Source: Dicyema japonicum (taxonomy: Eukaryota > Animalia > Dicyemida). From it: a DNA stretch of 64,000 nt. The stretch's first letter is position 1, and every line of letters begins with the position of its first letter. Shown in pieces: positions 26,533 to 39,949 of the stretch. The DNA is taken from NCBI GenBank assembly GCA_011109175.1, contig RDEW01000061.1, positions 197,543-261,542 on the forward strand, given 5' to 3'. A program made the translations under genes and the position numbers. The notes beneath the pieces were generated by a model that did no database searches, was not told where the DNA came from, and saw only the letters and a program-made list of their open reading frames with translations.

Positions 26533-27099
26533 TTTTATTTTTATTAATAATAATTTATTATTAGACCATGCGAAGATTTTTCGGAATTTTATTATTCAAG
26601 TCCCCGGATATGCAAGTATGGTAGCATTGTTATTAGTTAGACATGAAGGCAGGCTCGGAAATTCTCCAAAAACTCAATTTGAAAGCAGAAGGTGGTTGAC
26701 AGAGAAACAGGGGAAAATAAATTGGATTAGTTTCTAGATTATTACCGCCAAGATATATTTTTTAACTTTATATAAATGATTTCAATGCGTCTAAGACAAG
26801 TTGGACTAAAGGCTAAATGAATACCTTTTAAATTTTTTATTTAATTACTACATTTGACACAGCTGTCAAGGCTAATATATTATAAATTTCAACATCAAGA
26901 AAATTATCCACGTGGTCTTGATGACATGGTCAAGTCTTATATGTGGACTCAAAATAAATAGGCATGTCGCTTCAAAGTCGTTAATAACCATATTTTGACA
27001 TCCATTTTAATTGTTTTATTTTACGCCATGAAATAAAATAAAATTATTACAAAAACCAAAGTAAAACCTAATTAACTAATTACGTGATCTTGACGCTTT

Positions 27100-28620
27100 C
27101 CATGTATACCCGTCGATATAGACGAAAATGTTATGGAAGCTAAGTATTTAACAAGAATCGTCATTTGGGAACGAATTTGTCTCATATTGGAATTAAGAAA
27201 TAGATCATTTTGCTTCCTGCTATTTATAGTGGGTCTTCGTGTACAATTGATCCGATTGCGTCACTGACAAAAATTAGAGATATCTTCAATCAGGTTGTTA
27301 TTTTTCTTTAAAATGATAAGAACCTAAGCTGCAGAACAATCAATAAAAGAAGTTCTTTTCATGAGCTGGTAGATGTCTATTAAAACCTAGTTTCCGAATT
27401 CTTCCGACGTATCCTCTGCTTACTGAAATAACTTGGAAGCGTTCCCATGTAGATATTTTTCACTTGAAATAATTTTTTTCAGTTTACAATTGCGGACTTT
27501 CAGACTAGTTTTGTCATCTTTTACAAATTTACTACCCTGAATTATTTCCATCCCTGATAAAAATCTTATATTACTCGGATCCCCAGTCACAGTGTTTGCA
27601 ATGGAGAGATCTATAACGAAAAGTAACAATTATTGATGGATTCTCGCCCGTTTGTGTCTACTTGACGTGCCTACATAGTTATTCTTCCTGAAGAGCAGTC
27701 TAAATGTGCATAACCTTGCATATGTCCTGAGGATTGCTCTCTATTTCACCCAATGTGATCAACTCGTTCACATTGACAGAATCTTCTGTTCAACGAAGAA
27801 GTGTATCTATAATGTCCGGTTTGAGGAAACCTCGTGGAAACAAGTCGGACATTTGGAATTCGCAGCTTTATAGATTTCCATACATATATCTCGTCATTAA
27901 TGGCCTGTGATACACTTATCAAGAGGATTCTACACTTCTTCCCCGAATTCTTTACTGACCAGGACGTCTGTCATACATCGTAAGGCATGGAGCGTTCCTA
28001 CCTGTTTTTCCAACTTTCCTTGAACTCCCAACGAGATCTGGACGATGTCGCATGCCGAAAGTCATTCGAAGATCTACTGGTGCCATCTAACCAACACTGC
28101 CGTGCTTGTTTATGTCGGGGTGTCTCCAGAACGTGGAGCCTGCTCAACACCATTCCTAATGAAGTTTTGGGTAGCTTTCGAATGATGAATGTGTTCGTAT
28201 TGGGATTTCATACGATTCGGAATAAAAGTCTTGTGCCGCATCTGTGCGGAGACCAGATGATTGTTTTGGCTTACACCTAATCTCCTGTAGGAAGTGTGCT
28301 AATAGATCTCCAAGACACATGACTCGATGAAGTCGTTAGACGATTGACACATTCGCCCCTTGCAATCTGTCACTGAGAAGGCAGAGATGTCAAAACAAGC
28401 AAAGTACGCGGTCCTACCCGAAGATTTTCTATTTGTTCCGCTCGCGGTTGAACGTCCGGTTCCCTTGCGCCTGCGACGCTGGAATTCCTGAGTCGTATAG
28501 GGAATCGGATTTCTACACGAACAGGAGATATCTGTGAGCGGTGCTGGCTATTTGTGCTAATCTCGCTCGCCATCCGAGAGGTATAGCTGCGTAGTCAGGG
28601 CGGATGCTGTATGACCCTCG
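27100..28620 (-). mobile_element. Probable highly decayed retroelement 5' region
   Basis: GC-richer and coding-like with many stops; degenerate 2A-like LGEIESNP at 27724-27753; no firm domain. Confidence 0.3.
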
Positions 28621-28799
28621 ACTGAGTGTTTCTTTGTTACTTTTAATTATAAAAAATAAATAATTAACTAAAAAATGACAATTTTTTAATATCTTTCTAA
28701 TCGATCCTTGGGCTCGCGACGTGTTATTTACTATATTTTTGTTTTGTTTGTATTGAGAATTCTGTCATTTTAGAACTTTTTAAAATCTTGGTCACCCCA

Positions 28800-31700
28800 G
28801 ACCCAGTAAATTACGTAATTGTTTTCGATGAATTATATCCATTTTCATGAGATCTTGCTATGTCACCCCAATGTATCCGGGTTGTAAATAAGAACCTGCT
28901 TTATATTTATAAGGTTTCCTGTCCAGTGACGTCACTTTCCTGGTCAAGTACTCCACTGACCAGACAACATTCCTGTTATCTTATTAAAAAATCTTGGAGA
29001 CGAGAAAGTCACTTTTCTAACGTCGGTTTTCTAATATTCGATTAACCAGAATGTGATACCATTATTATGGAAACAGGCACTAATACGGCAAATATTAAAA
29101 CTAGGAAGATCGAGAGATGACCCAGCGTCTTTTAGATCGGTGTCATTACTATGTTCCATGTCAAAAATTTTGGAGAGGCTTGTGCTCGGGAGAATAAAAG
29201 AATTTTTCCCGGAGAGGCTTTTTCAACATGCATTCAAAAATGAGAGATCCACGTCTACATGCTTGCAAACAGGGTTGTCATGATTTTTATAAAAATCGAA
29301 AAAATCTGATTTTTTTGATTTAAACAAGATTTTTTGAATTAAATGATTTTTATTCGGAAACAAAGTAAAATAAAAATAAAAACAATGGAAATCGTATTTA
29401 TTTATTTAAAAGCTTGTAAACAAAGACAAGTTTGGCAGCTTTTTCAATTCCCAGCCTATTTCGACATTTGAATGTAAGAATCCAAAAGTCGAAAAAATTC
29501 GTTCTATTCCACCTGTGGAAGCAACTGCTCCAAGATTTTTTTTGCAGAGTGAAAGTACTTCAGAAGGTGGTAAGAGTTCGAATCTCACCAATCTATAGGG
29601 TATACTTTGATCAATCGGAGCGAACATGTATAGTTTGAATGGATCAGCTTTTGCTCTGAAATTAATCAAAGTCGGAAGAGCATATTCATAATGTTCAGCA
29701 CAATACTCGAAGGCGAGGTCAATCTCAGCAGTTGAAAGAGATCTCCCACAATGTGTTGGGTCCATTAGAGCTTTTACTTTTTCTAAAATAGTCGTACATT
29801 CATAGTCAATATAAGTCTGTTCAAGATCTCTCCAAATTTTTACAGCATGACTAATTGTTGTAGAATCATTTTGAATTTTGTCTAAAGGGACAGCAATTGG
29901 TTTAATCAGCCGCAAATATTCTTCAGAGCGTCGTTTTAGGCAAATATTTTGTACTCTGGAAGCAAAATTATAGACCAATTATACAGATAAGATAAAAACA
30001 GTCTGATAAAGTATTCCAGCGAACATCAATCTGAAGAACAAGTTTTTTTCCTCTAGCAGATTGTACCATGCCGCTGGAAGATGGACGTTTCGAAAGTATT
30101 TATTTATTCATACGATGGTTTCTTTAACGTCAGCTACTTCGACATCCTTTGAGAGAAGGTTGAGATAATGTGCCGAGCAACCATATGTAATAATTTCATC
30201 GTCATCTTGCATCATTATCCGCCTCATTTTAGTCATGTTGGCAGCATTGTCCGTTACAAGACTCCCGATTTTACATCCAAACCGTTGCTCGGCGGACTTT
30301 GCAGAGGCTAAAGCAACAGATTGAAGATACTCCGCGGTGTGGCTATATCCAGAGGTGTCCACTAGATACTGTCTTGTCCTGGAGGTTTTGCCGACAGTCT
30401 ACATGTATTTTGTCGTACACACGATCGAGCAATGTACCACCAATTTGATTACGAGAGGGTAAAAGCTACTCAGGAAGAAGCATTTGGACGAATTTGACAA
30501 ATTCCGGATGTTCTACAGCAGCAAAAGGAGTGTTACTGGAATATATGTATCTAGCGAGTTGCATATCAATCAAATTTTTCATCGTCGTCGTAGTAACGAA
30601 ATTGATTAAAGACTGGTCCCTCATCTTGAGGAATTGGCTGATCAAATCACTTTCAGGATATCAATATTAGTTCGACATAACAAATGATGCTGCCTCATCC
30701 GAGATGCGAAACCTAATACCTCTTCCCGCAATTACGGCATCTGGCTCGACTCCCGGTCTTTCCAGGAATAATACGTTTATCGAAATGAACCCACAAGGCA
30801 TCACGCTTTTTTCCAGACATTAAAACATTTTAAATGATTTTTTTGATTTTTTTAATGATTTAAATCATTGATTTTTTTGTTGATTAAAATCAAATGATTT
30901 AAATCTAACAATCCTGCTTGCAACATTGACAGACTTCATTCGAGTCGGATCCATAACCAAGCCGAGAAACTTTAAAACAGTGCTCTGCTCGATTGACATA
31001 CGTAAAGCTTTTGACTCATTCTCGAGGAAGATTCTATCGAGAAAAATATTTCAATCGGAGATCCCAAGGAAGCTAAAGCTTTGGATCACTAACTTTTTAA
31101 GTGGAAGAAGGGGACGTGTTTGCCTCGGAGGTCTGAAATCAATCTCACGGCTCCTCTCAACGGAGTCCCTCAAGGATCTCCTTTATCCCCTGCTCTGTTT
31201 AACCTCTTTCTGGCTAATCTCCCGACTCTTGAATCTGATAATGATGTTCTACTTTTCTATGCGGATGATATTGTGTTGGCTTTGCGAGATCAGCACATCC
31301 AGAAGGCCACAGAAAGAATACAAATTAACCTGGACAGGCTTAATGCTTGGATAATGGAAAACCGGCTCGTGATAAATGTAGAGAAGTCTTCTACGTCACT
31401 ATTTACCGCTGACAAAAGATTGGGAAAAAGACAGTCACCTTGAAGTTAAACAAGGTCGGCATCCCTTTCAATAGATGTCAAAGGATCTTGGGTGTGACAA
31501 TTGATATGAATCTCTGTTTGATATCACACGTAGAAAACATTCTATTGAAATGCGAGAAGAAACTGAACGTATGAAAATGTTTATCGGGAATATGGAAGAG
31601 TGGTACTCACCCAGTTTTGATGAACGTGTACAAACAGTACATCGAACCATGTTTCTCGTATGCATGCGCCTCGTGGGGACCGTCCATATCTTGGACAAAT

Positions 31701-31990
31701 ATGAGGAAATGAGGAAATGCAAAAGAGGGCCTACAGAGTAACGGAGCGTTGGATTTGTGAAAATCACTGAAATACGCTTCTGGAGACCCTATGAGACTAG
31801 ACTCCAGATCATGGAAGGCCCATGATTTAAGATTCCTGTTTCTTTCTTCTCTCCCCTCTTCTAATAGAGTGGCGGCATGTAATCTACCTGTCTCCGTTGG
31901 CGCCAACCAGAGTGGCACGAAAAAGGAACACTCTCCCACTCCACTGCAGAGATTCCCACAACTGCAAAAAATGAAGATGTTTACATTTAT
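28800..31990 (+). mobile_element. Decayed LINE ORF2 plus 3' UTR, interrupted by a hAT element
   Basis: RT reads ..FRSVSLLCSMSKILERL..RSTSTC / LATLTDFIRVG..IDIRKAFDS..GVPQGSPLSP..YADD across the insertion. Confidence 0.85.
29270..30916 (-). mobile_element. hAT DNA transposon, internally deleted, with TIRs and 8-bp TSD
   Basis: TIRs CAGGGTTG.. / ..CAATCCTG. TSD cttgcaaa (29262-29269) / cttgcaac (30917-30924). Subterminal GATTT/AAATC arrays. Transposase motifs VTDNAANM..GCSAHYLNL and ASTGGIERIFS. Confidence 0.9.
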
Positions 31991-32989
31991 ATGGTTCTGG
32001 ATGGAATTTTGTGGCATTAAAATATTATATTTCTAAATGAAATTTATCGATTGAATGTCTAAAGTAAAAATTAATAGCTTATCCATCCCATATAGTTTTT
32101 TACTTACTAAGTTTTCTCAATATTTGTACACGGTTTGATTTGAACCAAGGTTCTTTGGTTTGGAACTTCGACTATTAGAGATCTCCTTGTTTTGTCTGCG
32201 GACACGAAAAGTACAATTACATTATTATTATTATTTAAGCCAAAGAAACACCGTTTTAACCAATAACTAACATACACCGTGAAAATATGTAGAAATTCTT
32301 GCAATAGTCGTCACATCAACCTTCCAACCGATTAACTAATTTATCAATTTCTGTAAAATTAATTATCATGCATAATCACTAAAATGAAGTCCATAAAAAA
32401 AACTCTCTGTGAATGGAGCAACCACTTCAAGGTCTTTCCAAGTAAAAGGACACACAATTCAAAACCCACGTACATCTACCAATGACATGAGCAGAGATGA
32501 CTCCATGAAATCATATGAAATGCATTATAAGAAAATGTAGATGTTAAATAGAAAGTCAGGAATCTCCTAATACTGTGTTTTCCTAAAGATATTGGTGATT
32601 TTTGTTATAAATGTTATACTCTATATAGAGATTCTATGTACATATTAGTTTCGATTAATGAACCACCAATTTTTTCGATCCTTAAAAAATCTTTGTTATG
32701 AAAAGGAAATTGAAGACCTGATTTTTATTTTGATAATGCCTGTATTCATCATTATAAGGACAATAAAGAATTGATTGAAATAGCAAACTTCCATATTCTA
32801 TATTTTCCCTTATTCATCATTTCCCAATCCAATTGAGAATTTTAGCACGTGGAAAAAACATGTTTTCCAGAAAAGTGGCTGAAATGTCAAAAATTAGAAA
32901 GGTTGTTTTTTACCTTTAAATTTAGTGACGCTATTGATCGGGAAAGTGACGTCATTTGTCGGGAAAGTGACGTTAATGGTCTGGAAACT

Positions 32990-33190
32990 CCATCTGAGTT
33001 GTATAGCGTTACTATGTTTGTTTTTATAAGTTTTCGTCGACTCCATATATTCTGCATTTTCTTATACATAGCAGTGGCCAGAACTATTTTATTCATCATG
33101 TCCTCACTATCAACAGGAATCCCAATTTCTTATTTTCCCTCCAACTGTCATTTTTAATTCCCTTGTGATTCTTATGTGTTCAGTCTTTTC
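32990..33190 (-). mobile_element. RTE-like RT fragment
   Basis: SWRENKKLGFLL..NKIVLATAMYKKMQNIW aligns with RTE SWRKQKKVGSLLGD..RKILAMCALKKVSNMW. Confidence 0.6.
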
Positions 33191-34255
33191 CTGATGTGCA
33201 ATTAAGCATATTTATTATTGAATAATGATGGAAACTTTTGGAAAACGTGGACATGAACGCTTTTGTAGATCTAATAATTACTTAAATAATGAGAACAGAT
33301 CATTTTTAGAAAAAGGTCTAGAGTCACTTTTCCTGTGACTTTAAATAAGGTTCTTAATGGGATTGGAAGAAAACTTGCAGATACAAACGACAGGGGCTGA
33401 TGGAGATGTCTAGTTAAGAAAATTTTGAAGTAGTATAAACGGACCTTAGTTAACTTTTTTGGTTCATTGTACGCGCCTTTTAATAATAATTAGAACTTCT
33501 TGTGAGAACAACATAAATGAAAATTAGTGCACCAGCATAATTATGATCATACAGTTAATATCCGTTATGTATTTTTGTGAGCTAAAGAGATAAATATCAT
33601 GTCTAAGATGAGGTCACAGCTACAACGCGTTGTGATCACTCTATTTGTTAATTTGGTTTTACCGTTGTCTTTGTAATTTTTTCATTAAGTCAAAGCTGCT
33701 GTGAAAATTGATTTAATGATTATTCAAATAATGATTTTTCATAAAAATCACAAACATTTCTCTATAATTCACGTATGCTGAATCGTATATTGATTATCAT
33801 TGAAATCCGAATGTGCATAATAACGTCAACGTTCATATGTAATGCGGATCTAATTCACTGTTTATCTACATCATTTTTAAATAATTCAAACTTCATAGTA
33901 CTTAGTAATTTTGAAATATTTAAATTCGAAAAAAATAAATTAACCACAAAAATTTATTTTAAATTTGGAGTAATTGATCAGAAAAATTGTGTCAGTATTA
34001 AATGAATTCAACTAGTAATATTTCTGACCCAGATACTGATCTTTTATACTAAAACAACGAAATCAGGGTTATTATTAATAGCAAAATTAATTAGAAGCAT
34101 AAAAAGGTATATTTCCACACATTAGGTACCAGAAACAATCCTCTCGTCTTCCAACTATCCCTCCGCTGGAGGAAATGTTTCACAAAACCATTAATTATCA
34201 AGAAAACTTTAAAAAATTCTCCAGAATAATTTAATTTATTAAAATTATATGAAAA

Positions 34256-34716
34256 TTAATTTTTAGATTTAAGTTCGGAAATGAGCATTCTAAAACCAGC
34301 AATCCACTGACTGACCTAAAAGTAAACCCAAAGTTGACCTCCTTAACATGATCAACAACCAAGGCCTTGCAAGTATCATTAGCATTTCGGAAATCTGATT
34401 CATTCAAATCTAAAAGCAATTAAAAGCATAAAAACAAACAATTTATCAGATTAAACAAATGTTTCTTTACTGGTTCACACAGCTGTCCTTTAGTCCACAT
34501 ATCGTTAAGAATTTCAATCCTTTTAGTGATTATGGACTCCTTTGTGAGACCTTGAGTGAGTTTTTTCACTGCTTCTGTAATTTCAGTTATGTTAAGGGAT
34601 GAAGGAAGAATGCTTGAGTCGCTACTGGAAGAGTCAGATCCAGATTTGACAGAAGCTGCGTATTGATAAGATATTTTAGGTGGGTCATTCCAGCCACGAT
34701 TTATTTTATCAAACAT
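34256..34716 (-). CDS. SRA1: Steroid receptor RNA activator protein (SRAP); introns of 30 and 23 nt
   Basis: RGWNDPPKISY N-terminal motif; KRIEILNDMWTKGQLCEPVKK..LVVDHVKE|VSQWIAGFRMLI C-terminal domain; start codon uncertain. Confidence 0.88.
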
Positions 34717-35149
34717 AAATATGTGAACGTGTGAAACCACACTAAAGGTTAAAAACTATTAGTAATTTAATTTTTAATATTTAAAATAATAATTTTGATT
34801 TATATAATTTGTATTTGATGATAAATTCAACTTGTGAAGATTTTCATTATGAAAATTTTTCCGCCTAGAAATGAAGTGATGTTTGCGACAGTGGGACGTG
34901 TGATAAAAACAGAAGAGGGTGGACCTACTTCTCCACCTCTCTTCGAAAGCGGAAGGCTATAATGGACTATTGGAGAATGGAATGGTCTGCGCAAGAAGAC
35001 GTTCTTTATTAGGTTCCTTCCTTTGATTAATTAGTTGTGACTGTTTGTGCTGATCTTACCGAATATTGCAAGCTTGGGGTTAATAAATAAAAGATATAGG
35101 TAAATAATTGATGCTTTTAATTTTAGGTTGGATTATGACAAAATACTAC

Positions 35150-35465
35150 ACAATCGACCAACCAGAATCCTTTTGTTCTGAAGGACATCCGGGTAAACCT
35201 GGCTTGTCTACGATGTGGACCCCACTCCTCTTTACCGACCTACTTACGTGAATGATGCGAAAGATGTCCTCTACTTCTTTTGCAACCTCTCTGAGTTGAC
35301 AGGAAATCATTTTTTGAATCTCCTGAACATTTACGCTGTCTTCCTACCACACCAAATTGATCAATCTATGAGAGCGGCTGGTATTTGCTGCGTCGTACTT
35401 AATAGCAATAGCCGCTGATATCCTACGAGTTAGTGAGGCTAAGGTAACTTAACTAACTGACTAGG
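35150..35465 (+). mobile_element. LINE 3' end (tail homologous to 46060-46190)
   Basis: Shared atctatgagagcg..tttgctgcgt..tacttaatagc..gttagtgaggct.aggt.acttaac. Confidence 0.65.
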
Positions 35466-36126
35466 TTGGACGAGACGTCAACCCCAAGTGTCATGCCCAG
35501 TTATTCATTAACAAAATATCGAGATTACGAGAAATAAAGAACATTATTATCTGAGGAGACATGAACGGAAAATATCCACAATTGCTCATAACGAAACAGA
35601 CCGACAGCTTAGGAGAATTAATACTAGTTTTCTTGTTGACATGACCACCCTCAACAATTTAGATTTCCATGCAAAATCCCCTCGACAATTATTGATACAC
35701 ACATTTCCGGATTTTATGTTATGTTCTCCCTTATAAATATGAAAATCTACTTGAGCCTCCAGTATTGTTTCAGTGACCATAACCCCTAAATGTTCGAGGT
35801 GTACGGCGAAATTAAAAATTTTTACGAAAGCAAACGTTGGTTAAGTGGTTCAATAAGCCAGCGCTTCTCTCGATAATTCATTTTCGCCCAATACTATTAA
35901 GAAAGTTAGTGAACTACTCTCAATGATTCCTGAGGTTTTGACTACGACTGGTTCAAAAATGAATTTCCATCATCGAGTGATTAAAATTTAATATGCAATG
36001 AATTCACCAAAGACGAATTCACTAAGAACCACCAGGACGAGTCTGCGATAAAGAGAAACAAGATAATGTTAAAATAATAATTAAATATTTTAAAAAATAT
36101 TATGTCACATAAGTGGCTTGATTCCT

Positions 36127-37313
36127 ATGGGCAACCTGTTTTTACGTGTTTCCATAGTAACAAGATATCAATTGCTAGATTTAACAAAAAATTTATTTAA
36201 AATAATAAAAAAAATTATTTTTTAAATCTTGGCATTAAGACCATCTTCTTCCATCAGAAAATTCAACCAATACATAAATTTGAAAAATACCTTCGGCGGA
36301 TTTTCCTTTCTGTAGCACAACGCAATATCCCTAAGCGCGTCTAGAAATCCTTTTACCATACTAGTCAATCCAGGCGCCTATTTTTGCCCCTGTAGTACCT
36401 TCTCCGTAGCCTTTTGATACAGGGGCATCTTGAATGGCTCTCCCTGTGTCCTTCCTCGCCACAGTTCACGCACTTGAGAGACCTGACTTTTGATTGGCAT
36501 GCCTTCCTGGCGAATTTGGACCCCCGCAATTCAGATCCTCTCTGCCTCTGCTCCAGAGCGAAGCCAGAACTTCATGGTCCGGAGTCTTTACCCCTCGTTG
36601 TAAAATCCTACTTGATGTGTTCGACTACATTATCATCTACGAAGTCCAGGGAGACTCCGAAGACTAGCACTATTGAATCCGAAGCCTTAGGAATGACCCG
36701 TGACATGTTATGTGCCAAGGGCCCAAAAAGTACCTTAGTGTTGACCTCAGCTTCGAAAGCTGAAGCGTCGTCCTCATTCCTGACAAGTATGATTCTCCGC
36801 GTTTGTTAACTCTTCCTTTGGCATAGGTAGACAGAGTACCTATGCCGCACAGGAGCTTAACGACCCCACCTTCGGCACCTCTAAACAACTAGTCTAGTTA
36901 GTCCCACTCCAACCAGATTTCAACTTTTCTGTCTTTCCTTTCAAGAAAAGTCTAAATTAAATCAGAATTAAACTTATCGTTTTTAAGCGAAAAATGTGAG
37001 GACTTTTCTCGTACTCCCCGTTTCATTTGAGTACTTACATCTTCAGGATCGATTCCACATAAGATATGTTTAATTTTTTCATATTCGACAAGATCTCTGA
37101 TATACCCCCTAAATTGAGACATCAAAAATCACTAAATCCATGATGTTAAAATTAAAAGAAATCAGGTTAGCCATTTAATAAATCAGTTTGTATTAATTTT
37201 TTTTAGAATTAATGAATTAGTTAAATGTTGTTCTTATAATAGTTACAAAAAAGTCATATTATGTAGTATATCTCTGGTTACCATGGAAACACGTAAAAAA
37301 ACAGGTTGCCCAT
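36127..37313. repeat. Imperfect inverted repeat pair (36127-36161 / 37277-37313), each arm containing an X-box-like palindrome
   Basis: atgggcaacctgtttttacgtgtttccatagtaac versus the reverse complement of gttaccatggaaacacgtaaaaaaacaggttgcccat. Confidence 0.8.
36230..36900 (+). mobile_element. LINE C-terminus and 3' UTR relic
   Basis: HAFLANLDPRNSDPLCLC (zinc-finger region); 10-bp hairpin ggcataggta/tacctatgcc in the UTR. Confidence 0.5.
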
Positions 37314-38416
37314 GTGACATGATATGTTTAGAAAAATGAAACCATGTTTATGAAACAACTATCGTTATTAGACACAGGAACATAAATGTTATGTCATCTT
37401 ATACTTGAAGTTTCTCTCAGTTATCCATCCACTAAGTTCTTTCAATTTTGGCCCAAATGAGTCTCTAACTGAAAATTACATGCATCCACACTTCCTTGGT
37501 TCATAAATCGGTTTCTGATGTTTCCTGAGTCCAGCACCTATCCATGATCATGATTTGAAGGAAGATATGAAGCTAAGGTATGCTACTACTTCAATTTTCT
37601 GACCAATTAACCACGTGGTTAACTGGTTAATCCATCTTTCTATAAAATAAAATCATATAAGTTGATTTATCTTTCGTAATCAATCAATCTCTTCAGATCA
37701 TATAAATTTTTAACTTTTTTGACTTAGTAAATTAGCTAGTTGAATCTATTCCCGCGTTACCCATAAACGTATGAATACTTAGGGATCCACTTGTGACGTG
37801 ATCTTCACTATACGTTCTACAAGTTTTCTTGATGTAACTTTCCTCCTCGATGTATGCACAATCCTGTTTAGTTTTCGAAGCTGGTCTTTTGACGTTGAAG
37901 GTTGCAATTGTAAACGAGACAGAATGACAGAATGAGAGCAAGATAAAGACATAGACATTACTAGAGGGGTCACCACTCAACCTTCTTTTTTGACTTGTTA
38001 AAGAAAAATCATAAAATTTTTATAAGACTTGAATCGATTACTTGATCGATTGATTCTTTGATGATTTATGAAATTGTATTTTCAAATCCTTCAATAAATT
38101 TTCAATGAACTTAATATAAAGTAGCCATTAATATTGATAACATCCAATAATGCTGTAACCTAGCGAAATTAAATCAATTTTATCAAAATCTTTATGATTA
38201 AAATATTTTTTATCAGAAAATATTAACAGACAGCACCTGCACATAATAAACCTAATAGTTAATATTTCATATAATTAGCTCTTTGATTTTAAACACGTGC
38301 ATTTCTATTATCAAAAAAATTAACTTTACTTTAATCACACCACTTCAATCATAAAAAATGAGATAATCAATAAACGCATACATATTAAAAGTAAAGTTCG
38401 CGATAGTTTCTAAAGA

Positions 38417-38701
38417 ATGAGAAAAGAATTAAACAAAAATCCAAAACGTCTGAGGGCTAAATCAAAGAGAAAGAATGCGAATGAAGACTTTAAATGAAGC
38501 TATGGAAGAATTAAGAGACAAATTACCATTTCCAAAAGAAACGGTGAGGCTTCCAAATGTGAAATTCTCAATTATTCCATAAATTACATTCTTTATTTGG
38601 TGGATAAAATGAACGGATGTAATTCAGCATCTAAAGAATACGTTTCAAACTCACAAAAGTATTCCAATTATTTATATGATACATTTAATAAGAAAATCTA
38701 A
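38417..38701 (+). CDS. Class A bHLH transcription factor, atonal superfamily; two 1-nt homopolymer indels
   Basis: Corrected translation KRLRANQRERMRMKTLNEAMEELRDKLPFPKETVRLSKCEILNYSINYILYL. Needs removal of one A at 38459-38461 and addition of one T at 38551-38552. Confidence 0.8.
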
Positions 38702-39949
38702 ATTATGATCAGAATTCATTTTGCCCGTGGGATAATCAATATTTTGCTTATCCTCAACAAAATATCTATAACCAAAAATCATTTATCGAAAATGGAAATT
38801 TCCTTATCCAAGACACGATATAACGTTTGATGACTATGGAATGTGTCCACAGTATTTGTAAAATAATATTTCCAATTTTTGTAATTTTCGCGATAAATAA
38901 AGGGTTTGTTACTTTAACGTGTTTTTTTTATTTTGGTTGTTTATAGTCTAAAATACTTAACAGAATATTTGCTATTTACTATCCTTCATACTAGTTTCTG
39001 TAATCTATACAGAGTGAGAGTACGATAGAGACAAAGACACTAATAGAGAGGTGTCAACCACTAAACCAATAATCTTTAATATTAATAAAACCGCACTTTT
39101 GCAGCACCAAGGGTCGCATGTGCAGTCTACAAGACACAAGAGACGTTAAATCAATCACAGAAAGATACCGATTTCCTATTCCTCTTGTTAACTTTCCATA
39201 ACAATTCATTTTTTGTTAACTTCCAGGTATTAAGATGAAATTCCAGCAACTTCCTTCTTGTTGACTTTCCAGGCTTAACACCCATTTTGGAGCGTCCGAG
39301 CCACGTCACCAGCTCAGCCTTTCATTAATAATATGAAAATTCGCCTCAAAATATATTAATGATCTTTTACTGTTTTAAAATAATCGCATTAGTCTTCATA
39401 ATAAATTTGTGATGTCTATAGCAAATATTACGGTTTACTAGCTTTTTAAGCCAACATGGATTTTATTTAAAGTTAGTAAAGCTAAGTATAATGCATAAAT
39501 TTATTCCAAAAGATCACAGATAAAAACCAGAATTAGATAACTGAGGCCGAAACATCCCAGTAGAACCTTCACCTTGGATCGGAGTTCTGTTTACAGTTTG
39601 GACATTGGAAGAGCATCCAAGAAGGGTTTAGGAATTAATGGAAGCTGGGATCACTTAGTGTTTTTAACATCTTTCTTGGTGATCTTGGGGTTCTCAAATA
39701 AATAAAATAAATGATTCCAATTGAGATCAACTAAAGGAGATATCGGGTTTCACGAACGTCACGTCCTTTGATTGTAAGCGGACGTCCCAAGTTCTTAAAA
39801 AAAGACAAACTTCTTAATTATTTTGTTAACGTCTTTTTCGTGGAGGAGCAGTAATGTTTTAATTACTTAAAACTACAATCGGCAAGACAATATTTATTTA
39901 AGAAGGAAAAAATAGTTATGCTAATTAATCGTAGGAATGAGGCCAAGAT

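Larger units (their letters stand above)
20031..26959 (+). repeat. 5S rDNA tandem array, unit 1899-1914 bp, collapsed at a 50-N gap (20651-20700)
   Basis: 5S starts at 20703, 22617, 24516 and 26415; spacers are near-identical. Confidence 0.97.

Noticed and set aside
33775-34234. Plus-strand gene converging on SRA1
   Set aside because: Only short protein-like frames; no coherent spliced model or recognisable domain.
39538-39560. ctgaggccgaaac as a minimal hammerhead
   Set aside because: It lacks the NGA of the core and a stem II; no supporting stems.
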